A stretch of 64,000 nucleotides of DNA, from positions 1,418 through 65,417 of the forward strand of contig JACQHR010000002.1 of NCBI GenBank assembly GCA_016198905.1, given 5' to 3'. This document shows positions 9,966 to 18,940 of the stretch, in pieces. A program made the translations under genes and the position numbers. The stretch comes from Candidatus Omnitrophota bacterium. GTDB lineage: Bacteria > Omnitrophota > Gorgyraeia > Aquiviventales > Aquiviventaceae. The notes beneath the pieces were generated by a model. It saw only the letters and a program-made list of their open reading frames with translations, was not told the DNA's origin and did not search any database. How positions within the stretch are numbered: position 1 is the first letter of the stretch; every line of letters begins with the position of its first letter.

Positions 9966-10054
9966 CCATCCGCTTGGCAAACACCTTGCGTGGGCGGACC
10001 AAGAGGGGTATCGTGAACAGGTCAGGCCATGAGGCCAGCACGCGGGAGGAACCG

Positions 10055-10276
10055 ATGGGAACCATGACGTTGAAGTGCCGGGATGTCGGGGTGAATTGCG
10101 ATGAGGTGATCAGCGGGAACAGCGAGGCGGAGATCTTGCAGAAGGCCGCCGCGCACGCCAAGGGCTGCCACCAGGGCGTGCAGATCACTCCAGAGCTGCA
10201 GAAGAAACTGAAAGCCGCCATCAAGGCAGAGGGACACGGCGGTTCCAGCTGTTGTGGCGGCAGCAGCTGCGGGTAA
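10055..10276 (+). CDS. DUF1059-like small metal-binding protein with Cys-rich tail
   Basis: LKCRDVGVNCD...HAKGCH pattern; GGAGG RBS; tail SSCCGGSSCG. Confidence 0.75.
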   Translation: MGTMTLKCRDVGVNCDEVISGNSEAEILQKAAAHAKGCHQGVQITPELQKKLKAAIKAEGHGGSSCCGGSSCG

Positions 10277-10351
10277 TTACGCTCCATCGACATTGTGCGC
10301 GTCTGGGGGGTGGCCGTTGCACGCGGCGGCGTGGCTGGTCGAATATTGCCG

Positions 10352-10380
10352 TTGACGTCGCGGCCACTGCGTGCTATGCT
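10352..10380 (+). promoter_or_regulatory. Sigma70-type promoter of cspA
   Basis: TTGACG-N17-TATGCT with extended TG. Confidence 0.65.
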
Positions 10381-10491
10381 TAGCGCGTACTTTTCAGCCT
10401 CATCGAGTTCAGCAAACCGTGGAGCTAAAAGGGCTCTGCGGTTTTTTGCTCCTCGGCAGGCAACCAGTGAAGGGAAGGAGGTGGTACGAGT

Positions 10492-10695
10492 ATGGCGAAA
10501 GGCACCGTGAAGTGGTTTAGTGACCAGAAGGGGTATGGGTTTGTCACCCCGGAGGACGGATCGAAGGACGTGTTTGTCCATCATTCCGCGATTCAAGGCG
10601 AAGGGTTCAAGTCGCTTTCTGAAGGTCAGACGGTCGAGTTCGAAGTCACTCAAGGCCCGAAAGGTCCCCAGGCAACGAACGTCGTCAAGCAGTAA
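10492..10695 (+). CDS. cspA: Cold-shock protein
   Basis: KGTVKWF, KGYGFV (RNP1), DVFVHHSAI (RNP2); AGGAGGT RBS. Confidence 0.97.
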   Translation: MAKGTVKWFSDQKGYGFVTPEDGSKDVFVHHSAIQGEGFKSLSEGQTVEFEVTQGPKGPQATNVVKQ

Positions 10696-10799
10696 CGTTC
10701 CCCCCGCCACGTGGCGGGAAGGGAGTCAGACCAGGGCGTCCATCTCAATGGACGCCCGTTTGGCTTGATCCCGCGACACAACCGATGACAGGAGGTCCG

Positions 10800-11000
10800 A
10801 TGGGGAGCAGTCCAGGAGCGTATCGCAGCGCGAAACGCGGGAAGGAATTAGCGCGTCGCAAGAAACAGGAAGAGAAACGCCAACGCCGGCTGGCGCGGGC
10901 TGCCGGAGGCACGGCGCCGGAAGGGTCCTTGCCGACGCTCGATCATCCGGAACCTCCCACGGCGAGTGCGCCTGACGCCGGGACCCCGAGCCCGTCATAA
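10800..11000 (+). CDS. Small basic hypothetical protein
   Basis: AGGAGGT RBS; KRGKELARRKKQEEKRQRR charged helix. Confidence 0.6.
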   Translation: MGSSPGAYRSAKRGKELARRKKQEEKRQRRLARAAGGTAPEGSLPTLDHPEPPTASAPDAGTPSPS

Positions 11001-11011
11001 ACCGCGTCCCG

Positions 11012-12829
11012 TCAGGCGGGAGTCGTTGGATGGCTGCCGGCCAAGGACTCCAATCGCTCATTGAGCTCAATCCAGCGGCGTTCTTCTTCATGGATGAGCT
11101 GGGTCAGCGCGGCGAGGCGATCCGTGAGCTCGCGCGTCCACACGGTGGGGTGAGCTGCCAGCTCGGCTTCAAGCGCTTGCTGCTCGTGGCGGTGCGAGGC
11201 CTGTCGCTCCTCGGAGCGCTTGATCTCGCCGGCGAGTTTTCGCCGTGTCGACTCGCGCTGCTTGCGCAGATGGTAGTCTGACGGCGGCTTTGCAACACGC
11301 GCGGCGGCGGGGCGCCGATCGCCCTGGTCGGCGGTGAGCTCCTGGCGCACTTGATGCTCCAGATGATAGACGTAATCCGCATAGGTTCCCGGATAGCCGA
11401 CGACCGCGCCGTTCTTCACCTCGATGATCTGCGTGGCCACCATGTTCACGAACGTCCGGTCATGGCTGATGAAGAAGATCGTGCCTTGGAATTGACGTAA
11501 GGCCGCGCCGAGCGATTCGACCGTGTCGAAATCCAGGTGGTTCGTCGGCTCATCGAGCAGCAGGACGGAGCGCTTCATGAGCAGCAGCCCGGCCAAACAC
11601 AGCCGCGCGCATTCCCCCCCGCTGAGCACGGACACGGGTTTCTTCACCTCGTTGCCTTTGAATAGAAACGAGCCCGCCATCGCTAACAGCTCCTGCCGGG
11701 TCACCGATGGAGCCGCGCGGCGTTCAAGATGCGTGAAGACATCATGCGCGGGATCCAGCCCTGCCGCTACGTGCTGCGCGTAGTAGGCGATTTCACAATG
11801 GTACCCCCAGCGAAACGAGCCGTGTTGAGGCGGCAACTCGCCGGCGAGCGTGCGCAGCAGCGTGGTTTTGCCTTGCCCGTTATCTCCCAGGACGGCCACG
11901 TGCGCGCCATGGTCCGCGTGCAGGTGGATCGCGCCGGCGACGAGCTTGTCGGGATAGCCGATCGAGAGATCTTCACACCGAAACGCGACGCCCTGGCGAT
12001 GCGAGACGGCAGGAATGTTGATCTGCACGCTGCGCTGGGGCCCGGCCAGCTCGATCGTCTTGAGCTTCTCGATCTGCTTCATCTTGGAACGGGCCTGGCT
12101 GGCTTTTGAGGCTTTGGCGTGGAACCGGTCCACGAACGCCTGCAGCTGCTTGCGCTTGCTCTCGATGGTTTCGTTATAGCTGATCGCCTGAGCCTGCTGC
12201 TCCTGCTTAAAGACGAGGTACTCCTCGACAGTGCCGGGGTAGAGCGTGAGCCGGCCGTCTTCGGCTTCCAGCGTGTGATCGCAGGTTTTCTTGAGAAACT
12301 CCCGGTCGTGCGACACGATCAGAAATCCGCCGTCAAAGTCCTCGAGGAACTCTTCCAGCAGGATCAGCGTCTTTAAGTCGAGATAGTTGGACGGCTCATC
12401 CAGGATGAGGAAATTTGGATCGCGCAGCAGCATCGAGGCGAGCTTCACGCGGGTTTGATAGCCGCCGGAGAGGGTCTTCACGGCGGTATCCAGCAGCGCG
12501 TGTTTCAGCTGAAACCGGCCGGCGACCTCGCCGCAGCGCCAGCCTTCCTGGCCCGTGTGGCGCATGAGAAACTCCAGCACCGTTTCGGTGGGTGTGAACG
12601 GATCGTGCTGCTCGAGGTAGCTCAGTCGTAGGTCGGCGCTCTGAACGACTTCGCCTGCGTCGGCGGTATCCTGGCCGATGATGATTTTGCACAGCGTCGA
12701 TTTGCCGGCTCCGTTGCGGCCGATGAAGCCGATTTTTTGCTCGCTATTGAGCGTGGCGTTGGCCGCCTCGAAAATGACGTGCGGGCCAAAGGCCTTGTGG
12801 ATGTCTTTGAGCTGTAGGATCGCCGGCAT
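11012..12829 (-). CDS. ABC-F family ATPase with C-terminal coiled coil
   Basis: Two ABC cassettes (GRNGAGKST, GDNGQGKTT, LSGG, DEPSNYLD/DEPTNHLD), no TM segments; start taken at MPAILQL. Confidence 0.92.
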   Translation of the reverse strand: MPAILQLKDIHKAFGPHVIFEAANATLNSEQKIGFIGRNGAGKSTLCKIIIGQDTADAGEVVQSADLRLSYLEQHDPFTPTETVLEFLMRHTGQEGWRCGEVAGRFQLKHALLDTAVKTLSGGYQTRVKLASMLLRDPNFLILDEPSNYLDLKTLILLEEFLEDFDGGFLIVSHDREFLKKTCDHTLEAEDGRLTLYPGTVEEYLVFKQEQQAQAISYNETIESKRKQLQAFVDRFHAKASKASQARSKMKQIEKLKTIELAGPQRSVQINIPAVSHRQGVAFRCEDLSIGYPDKLVAGAIHLHADHGAHVAVLGDNGQGKTTLLRTLAGELPPQHGSFRWGYHCEIAYYAQHVAAGLDPAHDVFTHLERRAAPSVTRQELLAMAGSFLFKGNEVKKPVSVLSGGECARLCLAGLLLMKRSVLLLDEPTNHLDFDTVESLGAALRQFQGTIFFISHDRTFVNMVATQIIEVKNGAVVGYPGTYADYVYHLEHQVRQELTADQGDRRPAAARVAKPPSDYHLRKQRESTRRKLAGEIKRSEERQASHRHEQQALEAELAAHPTVWTRELTDRLAALTQLIHEEERRWIELNERLESLAGSHPTTPA

Positions 12830-12993
12830 AGCTGGTGCGCTAGCGTAGAGCTTAACGCCGAAGGCGTCAAGCCATTGAACGCTGGGGCAGCCTGGTTTTC
12901 TCAGCAGCCGCGACGAGTTGTGAGCCACAGCCCCGTGCCCCGTCACCCCATCCTCCTTCCGCCTCTCGCGCCTACGTCAGTCAGGCACGTTCC

Positions 12994-13048
12994 ATAACAC
13001 GCCTGTAATCGAAAAGTTACCAGGTTGTTACCGCCCTTCGTGTAGGGT
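12994..13048 (+). promoter_or_regulatory. Four 11-bp-phased GTWAC-like boxes plus -10 (site A)
   Basis: ATAAC 12994, GTAAT 13005, GTTAC 13016, GTTAC 13027; TAGGGT 13043. Confidence 0.6.
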
Positions 13049-13206
13049 TGATGGCGCAAGAGGGACGCCTTCGCATCGATCGATATCGAGAAAGGGGGTG
13101 AAGAGTGGTGAGCCAGGGGTGCTGGATCATTCGGTGAAATGAGGTTGCGCATAATCACCTCATCTCAAGAGCGACAATCATCGAAGTCATAACGGAGGGA
13201 ACGCCC

Positions 13207-13656
13207 ATGCGACGAAGCAAGGTACTCTCGAGTGTGCTTGTGGTGGGAATAGTGCTCGTTGGTATTATTGGCGCAAGATCGCTGGTGGCCGCGAAACACG
13301 CGCCAGCCTACATGCTGCACGTGTCTGGAAAAGTCCTGGCCATTGACGCGAAGGCCGAGATCTTGAGATTGGAAGCTGAGAAGCCGCTCGACGCCTTGTC
13401 GGGTGGTCGGCTGGTGGACTTCGCGATCAACGGCAAGACGGTCATCGCCAAAGAAGATCGAAGGGTGCAGCCAACGGAGCTGCAGTTTGGCGAGCAGGTG
13501 CAGATCGAGTACGTGGTGGAGCGCGGCAAGAACGTGGCGCGCTCAATTACGGTCGATGAGTCGACGCAGATCCATACGCCAAAAGATGTGGACACTCCGC
13601 AGGAATCCGAGCCGCTCGCGCCAACGCCAGCCAGCCCGTATGGCGCTCCGCGTTAA
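13207..13656 (+). CDS. Exported small beta-barrel (OB-fold-like) protein, paralog of 23814
   Basis: Signal peptide; SGKVLAID...ELQFGEQVQIEY...GKNVARSI shared with 23814 product. Confidence 0.7.
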   Translation: MRRSKVLSSVLVVGIVLVGIIGARSLVAAKHAPAYMLHVSGKVLAIDAKAEILRLEAEKPLDALSGGRLVDFAINGKTVIAKEDRRVQPTELQFGEQVQIEYVVERGKNVARSITVDESTQIHTPKDVDTPQESEPLAPTPASPYGAPR

Positions 13657-13700
13657 GGTGACAATCGCATCGAGCCAGAGATCGATCAGAGGAGGGGCCT

Positions 13701-13970
13701 ATGAGCGAATTGATGATGGCAGTCGGCGGATTGATTCGAACAAGCCTTGCCCGAAGCTTCTCGCATCATTTGGACACCGCCGTCAAGTTACGGAGGCCGC
13801 TCGGAACGCTCAGCGTTATGGGAGGGCCGCGCTGCCGACAGCACGAACGCAAGACCCACACCACGACGTACTTCGTGACAGGGTGTGAGACGACGCGCGA
13901 TGATACCCTCAAAGCGAACCAAAGGGTCAGGCGTACGTATCGCGCGATGACCCCTCTTGAGAAGTTGTAA
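13701..13970 (+). CDS. Hypothetical small protein (uncertain)
   Basis: GGAGGGG RBS before ATG; no recognisable motif. Confidence 0.35.
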   Translation: MSELMMAVGGLIRTSLARSFSHHLDTAVKLRRPLGTLSVMGGPRCRQHERKTHTTTYFVTGCETTRDDTLKANQRVRRTYRAMTPLEKL

Positions 13971-13986
13971 CCATAGGAGGAAGACA

Positions 13987-14553
13987 ATGGCGCAGCAAAA
14001 AGGCATGATGGAGTCAGTCAAGCGAGGTATTGTGACTGCCGTTCAAGGAGCCGGAGATGTGACTAGCGCGGTTGTCGGAGCGATCAGCAAAACGGTGGCG
14101 ATGACCATCGGGGGCCTCAGCGACATCGCAGGGTCGCTTGTGGAGGTGATCGCCGATGTGGCGAAAGGAACGATCCAAGCGATCGTCGAGGTAGGGGGCG
14201 ACTTAGGGGCTGCAACCAAGGGGCTTGTCTTGGGCGTCCTGCATGGCACCAGGAAAGCAGGCGTCGCGACGCTTGAGACTCTCAGCCAGACGGCGGCAGC
14301 CGCCATTCGAGCAACGGCAGATGTGACAGGCGACCTCGGCGTTGCGACGAAAGGCCTGGTGGAAGGCGCGGTCGAGGGAGCGAAGGACGTGGGCTTGGAT
14401 GCCACCGAAGCAGCGTCTGCGGCGGCCAGAGGAGCGCTCAAAGCCGCTGAGGAGATCGGATCTGATGCGGGCACGACCGTCCGCCACGCCCTGACGGGCA
14501 CGATTGCTGGGGTGAAGGTGGTGCTGAAGGAACCGTTCAAGAAAACCACGTAA
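13987..14553 (+). CDS. Gly/Ala/Val-rich helical repeat protein
   Basis: AGGAGG RBS; internal repeats GDLGAATKGLV / GDLGVATKGLV. Confidence 0.75.
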   Translation: MAQQKGMMESVKRGIVTAVQGAGDVTSAVVGAISKTVAMTIGGLSDIAGSLVEVIADVAKGTIQAIVEVGGDLGAATKGLVLGVLHGTRKAGVATLETLSQTAAAAIRATADVTGDLGVATKGLVEGAVEGAKDVGLDATEAASAAARGALKAAEEIGSDAGTTVRHALTGTIAGVKVVLKEPFKKTT

Positions 14554-14589
14554 GTCGAAGATGTGGTGGAGCACAACCAAGGAGGCGAG

Positions 14590-14835
14590 ATGGACCGACT
14601 CGTGTGGTTTCTGTTGATTGGCCTCGCGGCAGGGTGGTGCGCGGGGCTCGTGATGAAGGGTCGCGGATTTGGCATGTTCGGCGACATCGTCGTCGGCGTG
14701 CTTGGAGCTGTCATCGGTGGATGGCTGTTTAGCCTCTTAGGCCTTACGGCGTACGGGACGACAGGAGCTCTCGTCATCGCGTTCATCGGAGCGGTGACGC
14801 TGCTGGCGCTCATTAGCGTCGTCAAGAGAGTCTGA
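14590..14835 (+). CDS. GlsB/YeaQ/YmgE (transglycosylase-associated) membrane protein
   Basis: IGLAAGWCAGLVM...GDIVVGVLGAVIGG...IGAVTLL. Confidence 0.9.
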   Translation: MDRLVWFLLIGLAAGWCAGLVMKGRGFGMFGDIVVGVLGAVIGGWLFSLLGLTAYGTTGALVIAFIGAVTLLALISVVKRV

Positions 14836-14955
14836 TCGCCACTCGAACAAGCGACGTCATCGCGACCGATAGGATGAAGGTGATCGACTGGACGATCCTC
14901 GAACATCATGGGGAGGTCAGGTGAACCAATTCGGCTGCTCACATGGGAGGACACA

Positions 14956-15255
14956 ATGCAGAGCGTGATACGGCACAGGACAGTCGGCTTCTTGTGCGCG
15001 GGGATGCTCGTGGCTACGGGATGCGCACAGCACACGCGAACCAGAGTGACACGGACCGAAGAGGTGGTACGGCGTCCGGTGCAAACACAGACGACCAACC
15101 TTTCGGCAGAGGAGAGAACGGTGGTTGAAAAGGAGTCGACCACAGCCGTCCAGCAGGAACCTCGCGGCATCCTGAGCAGCACGGTGCACGTTGTGGGGGA
15201 GATCTTGGCGCTGCCGTTTCATCTGGTCGCGGGTCTCCTCAAGCTCATTTTTTAG
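14956..15255 (+). CDS. Small lipoprotein, hypothetical
   Basis: Lipobox-like VATGC; C-terminal amphipathic ILALPFHLVAGLLKLIF; GGAGG RBS. Confidence 0.7.
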   Translation: MQSVIRHRTVGFLCAGMLVATGCAQHTRTRVTRTEEVVRRPVQTQTTNLSAEERTVVEKESTTAVQQEPRGILSSTVHVVGEILALPFHLVAGLLKLIF

Positions 15256-15288
15256 CCGATTCCTCTCAACCTGGAGCCAATGTGTGCG

Positions 15289-15663
15289 ATGAAAAAATTA
15301 ATCCTGATAGCGCTCATCGCCGCCTCGCTTGGAACGTCCGGCTGCGCACTCATGCTCGTGGGTGCGGGGGTGGCGGGCGGCTATGCCATTAGCAAGGATT
15401 CGGTGAGAAATTTGTTCGATCTGTCCAACGACCATGTGTATGACGAGAGCCTCAACGCAGTGAAGGAACTCGGATTGGTGAAATTGGAAGATCGCACCCA
15501 CGGCCTCATCAAAGCCGAGGTCCACGATGTGGACATCACCATCACCGTCCATCAGGTGACCAAGAGAACCGTGGAGTTGAAGGTGCGGGGTCGCAGCCAT
15601 TTGTTCCTTCCCAAAGTGGATGTGGCACAGGAGGTCTATAACAAGATCATCGAGCGCCTGTGA
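15289..15663 (+). CDS. DUF3568-like lipoprotein
   Basis: MKK signal, TSGC lipobox, GAGVAGGY, C-terminal AQEVYNKIIERL. Confidence 0.75.
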   Translation: MKKLILIALIAASLGTSGCALMLVGAGVAGGYAISKDSVRNLFDLSNDHVYDESLNAVKELGLVKLEDRTHGLIKAEVHDVDITITVHQVTKRTVELKVRGRSHLFLPKVDVAQEVYNKIIERL

Positions 15664-15761
15664 AGGAGAAGCGCATGCGCGGCGAGGGCTCGCCGCGGCG
15701 CTCCTCGTTCATCGTGACAGTATCTGTTCCCAGAATGGCACAATGTTCATTAGAATAGGCC

Positions 15762-16721
15762 ATGGACTTCCGACCGGCGTGGTGGTGCCGCAACGCGCAT
15801 CTGCAGACGATTTGGGGCTCTGTGCTGCGGCCCATCCCTCAGGTGCGCGTGAGTCGTGCCCGATGGGAGCTGCCGGATGGCGATTTTCTCGACGTCGATG
15901 TGTTGAGCGCCGAGGCTGCGGCACCCCGTCTGATTGTGCTGCACGGCCTCGAGAGTTCCTCCAGTGCCATCGGGGTGCGAGGGCTGTTGTCGCAGGCGCA
16001 CGCGCGCGGCTGGGGCGGCATCGCGGTCAATTTCCGCGGATGCAGCGGAGAGCCTAATCGCCAACCGCGCTCCTATCATGGCGGAGCGACCACGGATCTG
16101 GCGTGGGTCATCGCCCACGTGCAAGAGCGACATCCTGCCAGCGCGCTACTCTGCGCGGGATTTTCCCTCGGCGGCAACGTGCTGCTCAAGTTGTTAGGAG
16201 AGCAAGGCGACGCGTTGCCGCGACCCATTCGAGCGGCCGTGGCGGTTTCAGCGCCGTTTGATTTAGCCGCCAGCGCGAAGGCGCTTGAGCGGGGATTTAG
16301 TCGAGTCTATCAGGGCCGGCTGGTGGAGAATTTGAAACGCAAGACGTTCCAAAAACTCGCCGCGCATCCGCATCCGGTCGACCCTGCGGCGTTGCGACGC
16401 GTCCGCACGCTCGGAGAGTTTGACGATCTGGTAACCGCGCCGGTGCATGGCTTTGCGGATGCCAACGCGTATTGGGCGGCGTCGAGTTCAGCGCCCTATC
16501 TGTCGCGCATTCGTCGCCCGACGCTGCTGATCAACGCTGAAGACGACCCGTTTCTTCCGGCGACGTCGCTTCCGCGGCAGGCGGTGGCCGGCAACCCGTT
16601 TCTCACGGCCGCGTTTACGCCCTTCGGAGGCCATCTCGGTTTCCTCTCAGGCCATTGGCCAGGTGTCCCCACCCCCTGGGCTGAGGCCCATGCAGTTGCG
16701 TTTCTTGCCCAGCATCTTTGA
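15762..16721 (+). CDS. YheT-family alpha/beta hydrolase
   Basis: NAHLQT, HGLE, NFRGCSG, GFSLGG nucleophile elbow, DDPF, GGHLGF. Confidence 0.92.
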   Translation: MDFRPAWWCRNAHLQTIWGSVLRPIPQVRVSRARWELPDGDFLDVDVLSAEAAAPRLIVLHGLESSSSAIGVRGLLSQAHARGWGGIAVNFRGCSGEPNRQPRSYHGGATTDLAWVIAHVQERHPASALLCAGFSLGGNVLLKLLGEQGDALPRPIRAAVAVSAPFDLAASAKALERGFSRVYQGRLVENLKRKTFQKLAAHPHPVDPAALRRVRTLGEFDDLVTAPVHGFADANAYWAASSSAPYLSRIRRPTLLINAEDDPFLPATSLPRQAVAGNPFLTAAFTPFGGHLGFLSGHWPGVPTPWAEAHAVAFLAQHL

Positions 16722-16888
16722 AGCCCGTCCAGCATCCCTGCCAGGCGCAGATCATGCTCGTTGCCCGCGTTCTCATTGGCGGGGCGATGTGCTAGAATGC
16801 GCGTGATGACTCCTCCGTTGCACGACACGAGAGGCGCACGCGCGGCGTCCAGGGATTCCTGGGCGCCGTTTCTTGTTAGAGGCACCCC

Positions 16889-17566
16889 ATGGCACTGACG
16901 GCCATCCGCGTGGCGCTGGCGTTAGCGCTCTATGTCGTCGGTGCGGTGGTGTTGGGACTCGCCCTCTTTCCCGCCGTCTGGTGGTGCCGCTCGGCGTGGC
17001 TCTCCGCTGCCGGTTGGGCGCTCTGGCAGCAAACTCTGTGGGTGTGTCTCGCGGCTGGGGTGGGGTACTTCATCTTTGGATTTAATCTGATGTTCATCTC
17101 GGCGCTGCTGCGCTGGGTGTTTCGCCTGGATGTGCGGGAAGGGGAGTATCCGCTGGCGTCGCTTGGGATGCTGCGGTGGTACGTCTCGAACGCGCTGCAG
17201 TTTATCGTCTGGAGCGTGTTCGGCGATTTTCTGCTGATGACGCCGTTTGCCGCACTCTTTTATCGTCTCATGGGAGCGAAGCTCGGACTCAACGTGCAAA
17301 TCAACTCGAAGTTCTGCGCGGATCTGGCGCTGCTGGACATCGGCGATAACGCCGTCATCGGGGGCCACGCGACGGTCATCGCCCACTCGCTGGAATCTCG
17401 CGGCCTCATCCTGAAACGCGTGCGCATCGGCCGCAGCGCCATCATCGGCCTCAACGCGATCGTGCTGCCCGGCGTCGAGGTGGGCGATCGTGCCGTCGTC
17501 GGCGCCGGCGTGTTTGTGCCCAAGGACACGAAGATCGCTGCCGGGACGGTCTATCTTGGTAAATAG
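16889..17566 (+). CDS. Membrane protein with C-terminal hexapeptide-repeat acyltransferase domain
   Basis: N-terminal TM helices; IGDNAVIG, VRIGRSAIIG, VEVGDRAVVGAG. Confidence 0.8.
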   Translation: MALTAIRVALALALYVVGAVVLGLALFPAVWWCRSAWLSAAGWALWQQTLWVCLAAGVGYFIFGFNLMFISALLRWVFRLDVREGEYPLASLGMLRWYVSNALQFIVWSVFGDFLLMTPFAALFYRLMGAKLGLNVQINSKFCADLALLDIGDNAVIGGHATVIAHSLESRGLILKRVRIGRSAIIGLNAIVLPGVEVGDRAVVGAGVFVPKDTKIAAGTVYLGK

Positions 17567-17639
17567 CGATGCCCTCGCATCAGATGATCGCCGACTAGGC
17601 GATGTGCGCGGCGAGCGCTAGGCCGTAAGCGCTCTGCCA

Positions 17640-18905
17640 ATGCCCGCCACCAGTTCTCCTCGCCATTTCGCCGATGCGCTGCATGTCCGTGACATCCGCT
17701 TCTTTCTCGCCGCGGTGGCCTTCTTTACGCTGGCCAGCCGCGCGACACTCGTCATCATCGGGTTTCAGATTTACTCCATCGCGCGTCACCCGGCCGCCCT
17801 CGGATTGCTCGGACTCGTGGAGGCCATTCCCGCGATCTCGCTGGTGCTCTTTGGCGGACACGTGGCCGACCATTTCAATCGGCGAAAGATTCTGCTCACG
17901 ACGCGAGCCGTCTCGTGCGTGTGCGCCCTCGCGCTGGCTGCGCTGTCCTGGCACAGCCACCACGCGTCGCTGCTGGGACTGTACGCGGTCATTTTCATGG
18001 CGGGCATCGCGCGCGGGTTTGCCGATCCGGCGGGGACCGCCTTCGAAGCGCAAGTCGTCCCCAAACATCTGACGGTGAATGCCGCGTCGTGGGTCAGCAG
18101 CACGTGGATCAGCTGCGCGGTGCTGGGGCCGGCGATGGTCGGGTTTCTCTACGCCTGGTGGGGCGCAGCCCGGGCGTATCTGCTGATCGCCGCGCTCTTC
18201 GTCATCTCATGGGGGTGCATGTGGTTGATCGGCCCGAAACCCCAACCGAAACCCACCACCGTCGAGCCGCTCTTGAAGAGCATCGGCATCGGCTGGCGAT
18301 TTGTCTTCGCGCACCAGCCGCTATTGGGCGCGATGACCCTGGATTTGTTTGCGGTGCTCTTTGGCGGCACGATGGCGCTGCTGCCGATCTATGCCGAAGA
18401 TATTTTGCGCGTCGGCGCCAAAGGGTTGGGCATGTTGAACGCGGCTCCGTTTCTCGGCGCGCTGATCACCACCCTCGTGGCGACGCACCGTCCGCCCATT
18501 GTTCGAGCCGGACGTAATCTGCTCTTCGCGGTGGCGGGATTCGGCGTGAGCATCATCGTCTTCGCGTTCTCAAAGCACTTCTGGTGGTCGATGGCGGCTC
18601 TCTTTGCCAGCGGCGTCTGTGATGGCGTCAGCATAGTCATCCGTCGCTCGATGGTGCGCCTGCTCTCGCCGGATGCGCTGCGCGGCCGCATCGCCGCCGC
18701 CAACTGGGTCTTCATCAGCGCCTCCAATGAATTGGGCGCGTTTGAAAGCGGGATGGTCGCAGCGCTCATCGGCACGATTCCCTGTGTCGCGGTGGGCGGA
18801 CTCATCACCCTGGGCGTGGTGGCGACGGTCGCCAGCGTTGCGCCGCAACTGCGGCGGCTGGCCTTCGATGTCCACACGCTCGAGCACCAAGCCGCTGCAG
18901 GCTGA
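17640..18905 (+). CDS. MFS transporter (EntS/DHA3-like)
   Basis: About 12 TM segments; GGHVADHFNRR motif A; LDLFAVLFGG. Confidence 0.9.
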   Translation: MPATSSPRHFADALHVRDIRFFLAAVAFFTLASRATLVIIGFQIYSIARHPAALGLLGLVEAIPAISLVLFGGHVADHFNRRKILLTTRAVSCVCALALAALSWHSHHASLLGLYAVIFMAGIARGFADPAGTAFEAQVVPKHLTVNAASWVSSTWISCAVLGPAMVGFLYAWWGAARAYLLIAALFVISWGCMWLIGPKPQPKPTTVEPLLKSIGIGWRFVFAHQPLLGAMTLDLFAVLFGGTMALLPIYAEDILRVGAKGLGMLNAAPFLGALITTLVATHRPPIVRAGRNLLFAVAGFGVSIIVFAFSKHFWWSMAALFASGVCDGVSIVIRRSMVRLLSPDALRGRIAAANWVFISASNELGAFESGMVAALIGTIPCVAVGGLITLGVVATVASVAPQLRRLAFDVHTLEHQAAAG

Positions 18906-18940
18906 CCTAACCTTTACACCGACACGCGCTGGCGAAGCCT

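Noticed and set aside
10699-10725. Rho-independent terminator after cspA
   Set aside because: GC palindrome present but no T-tract
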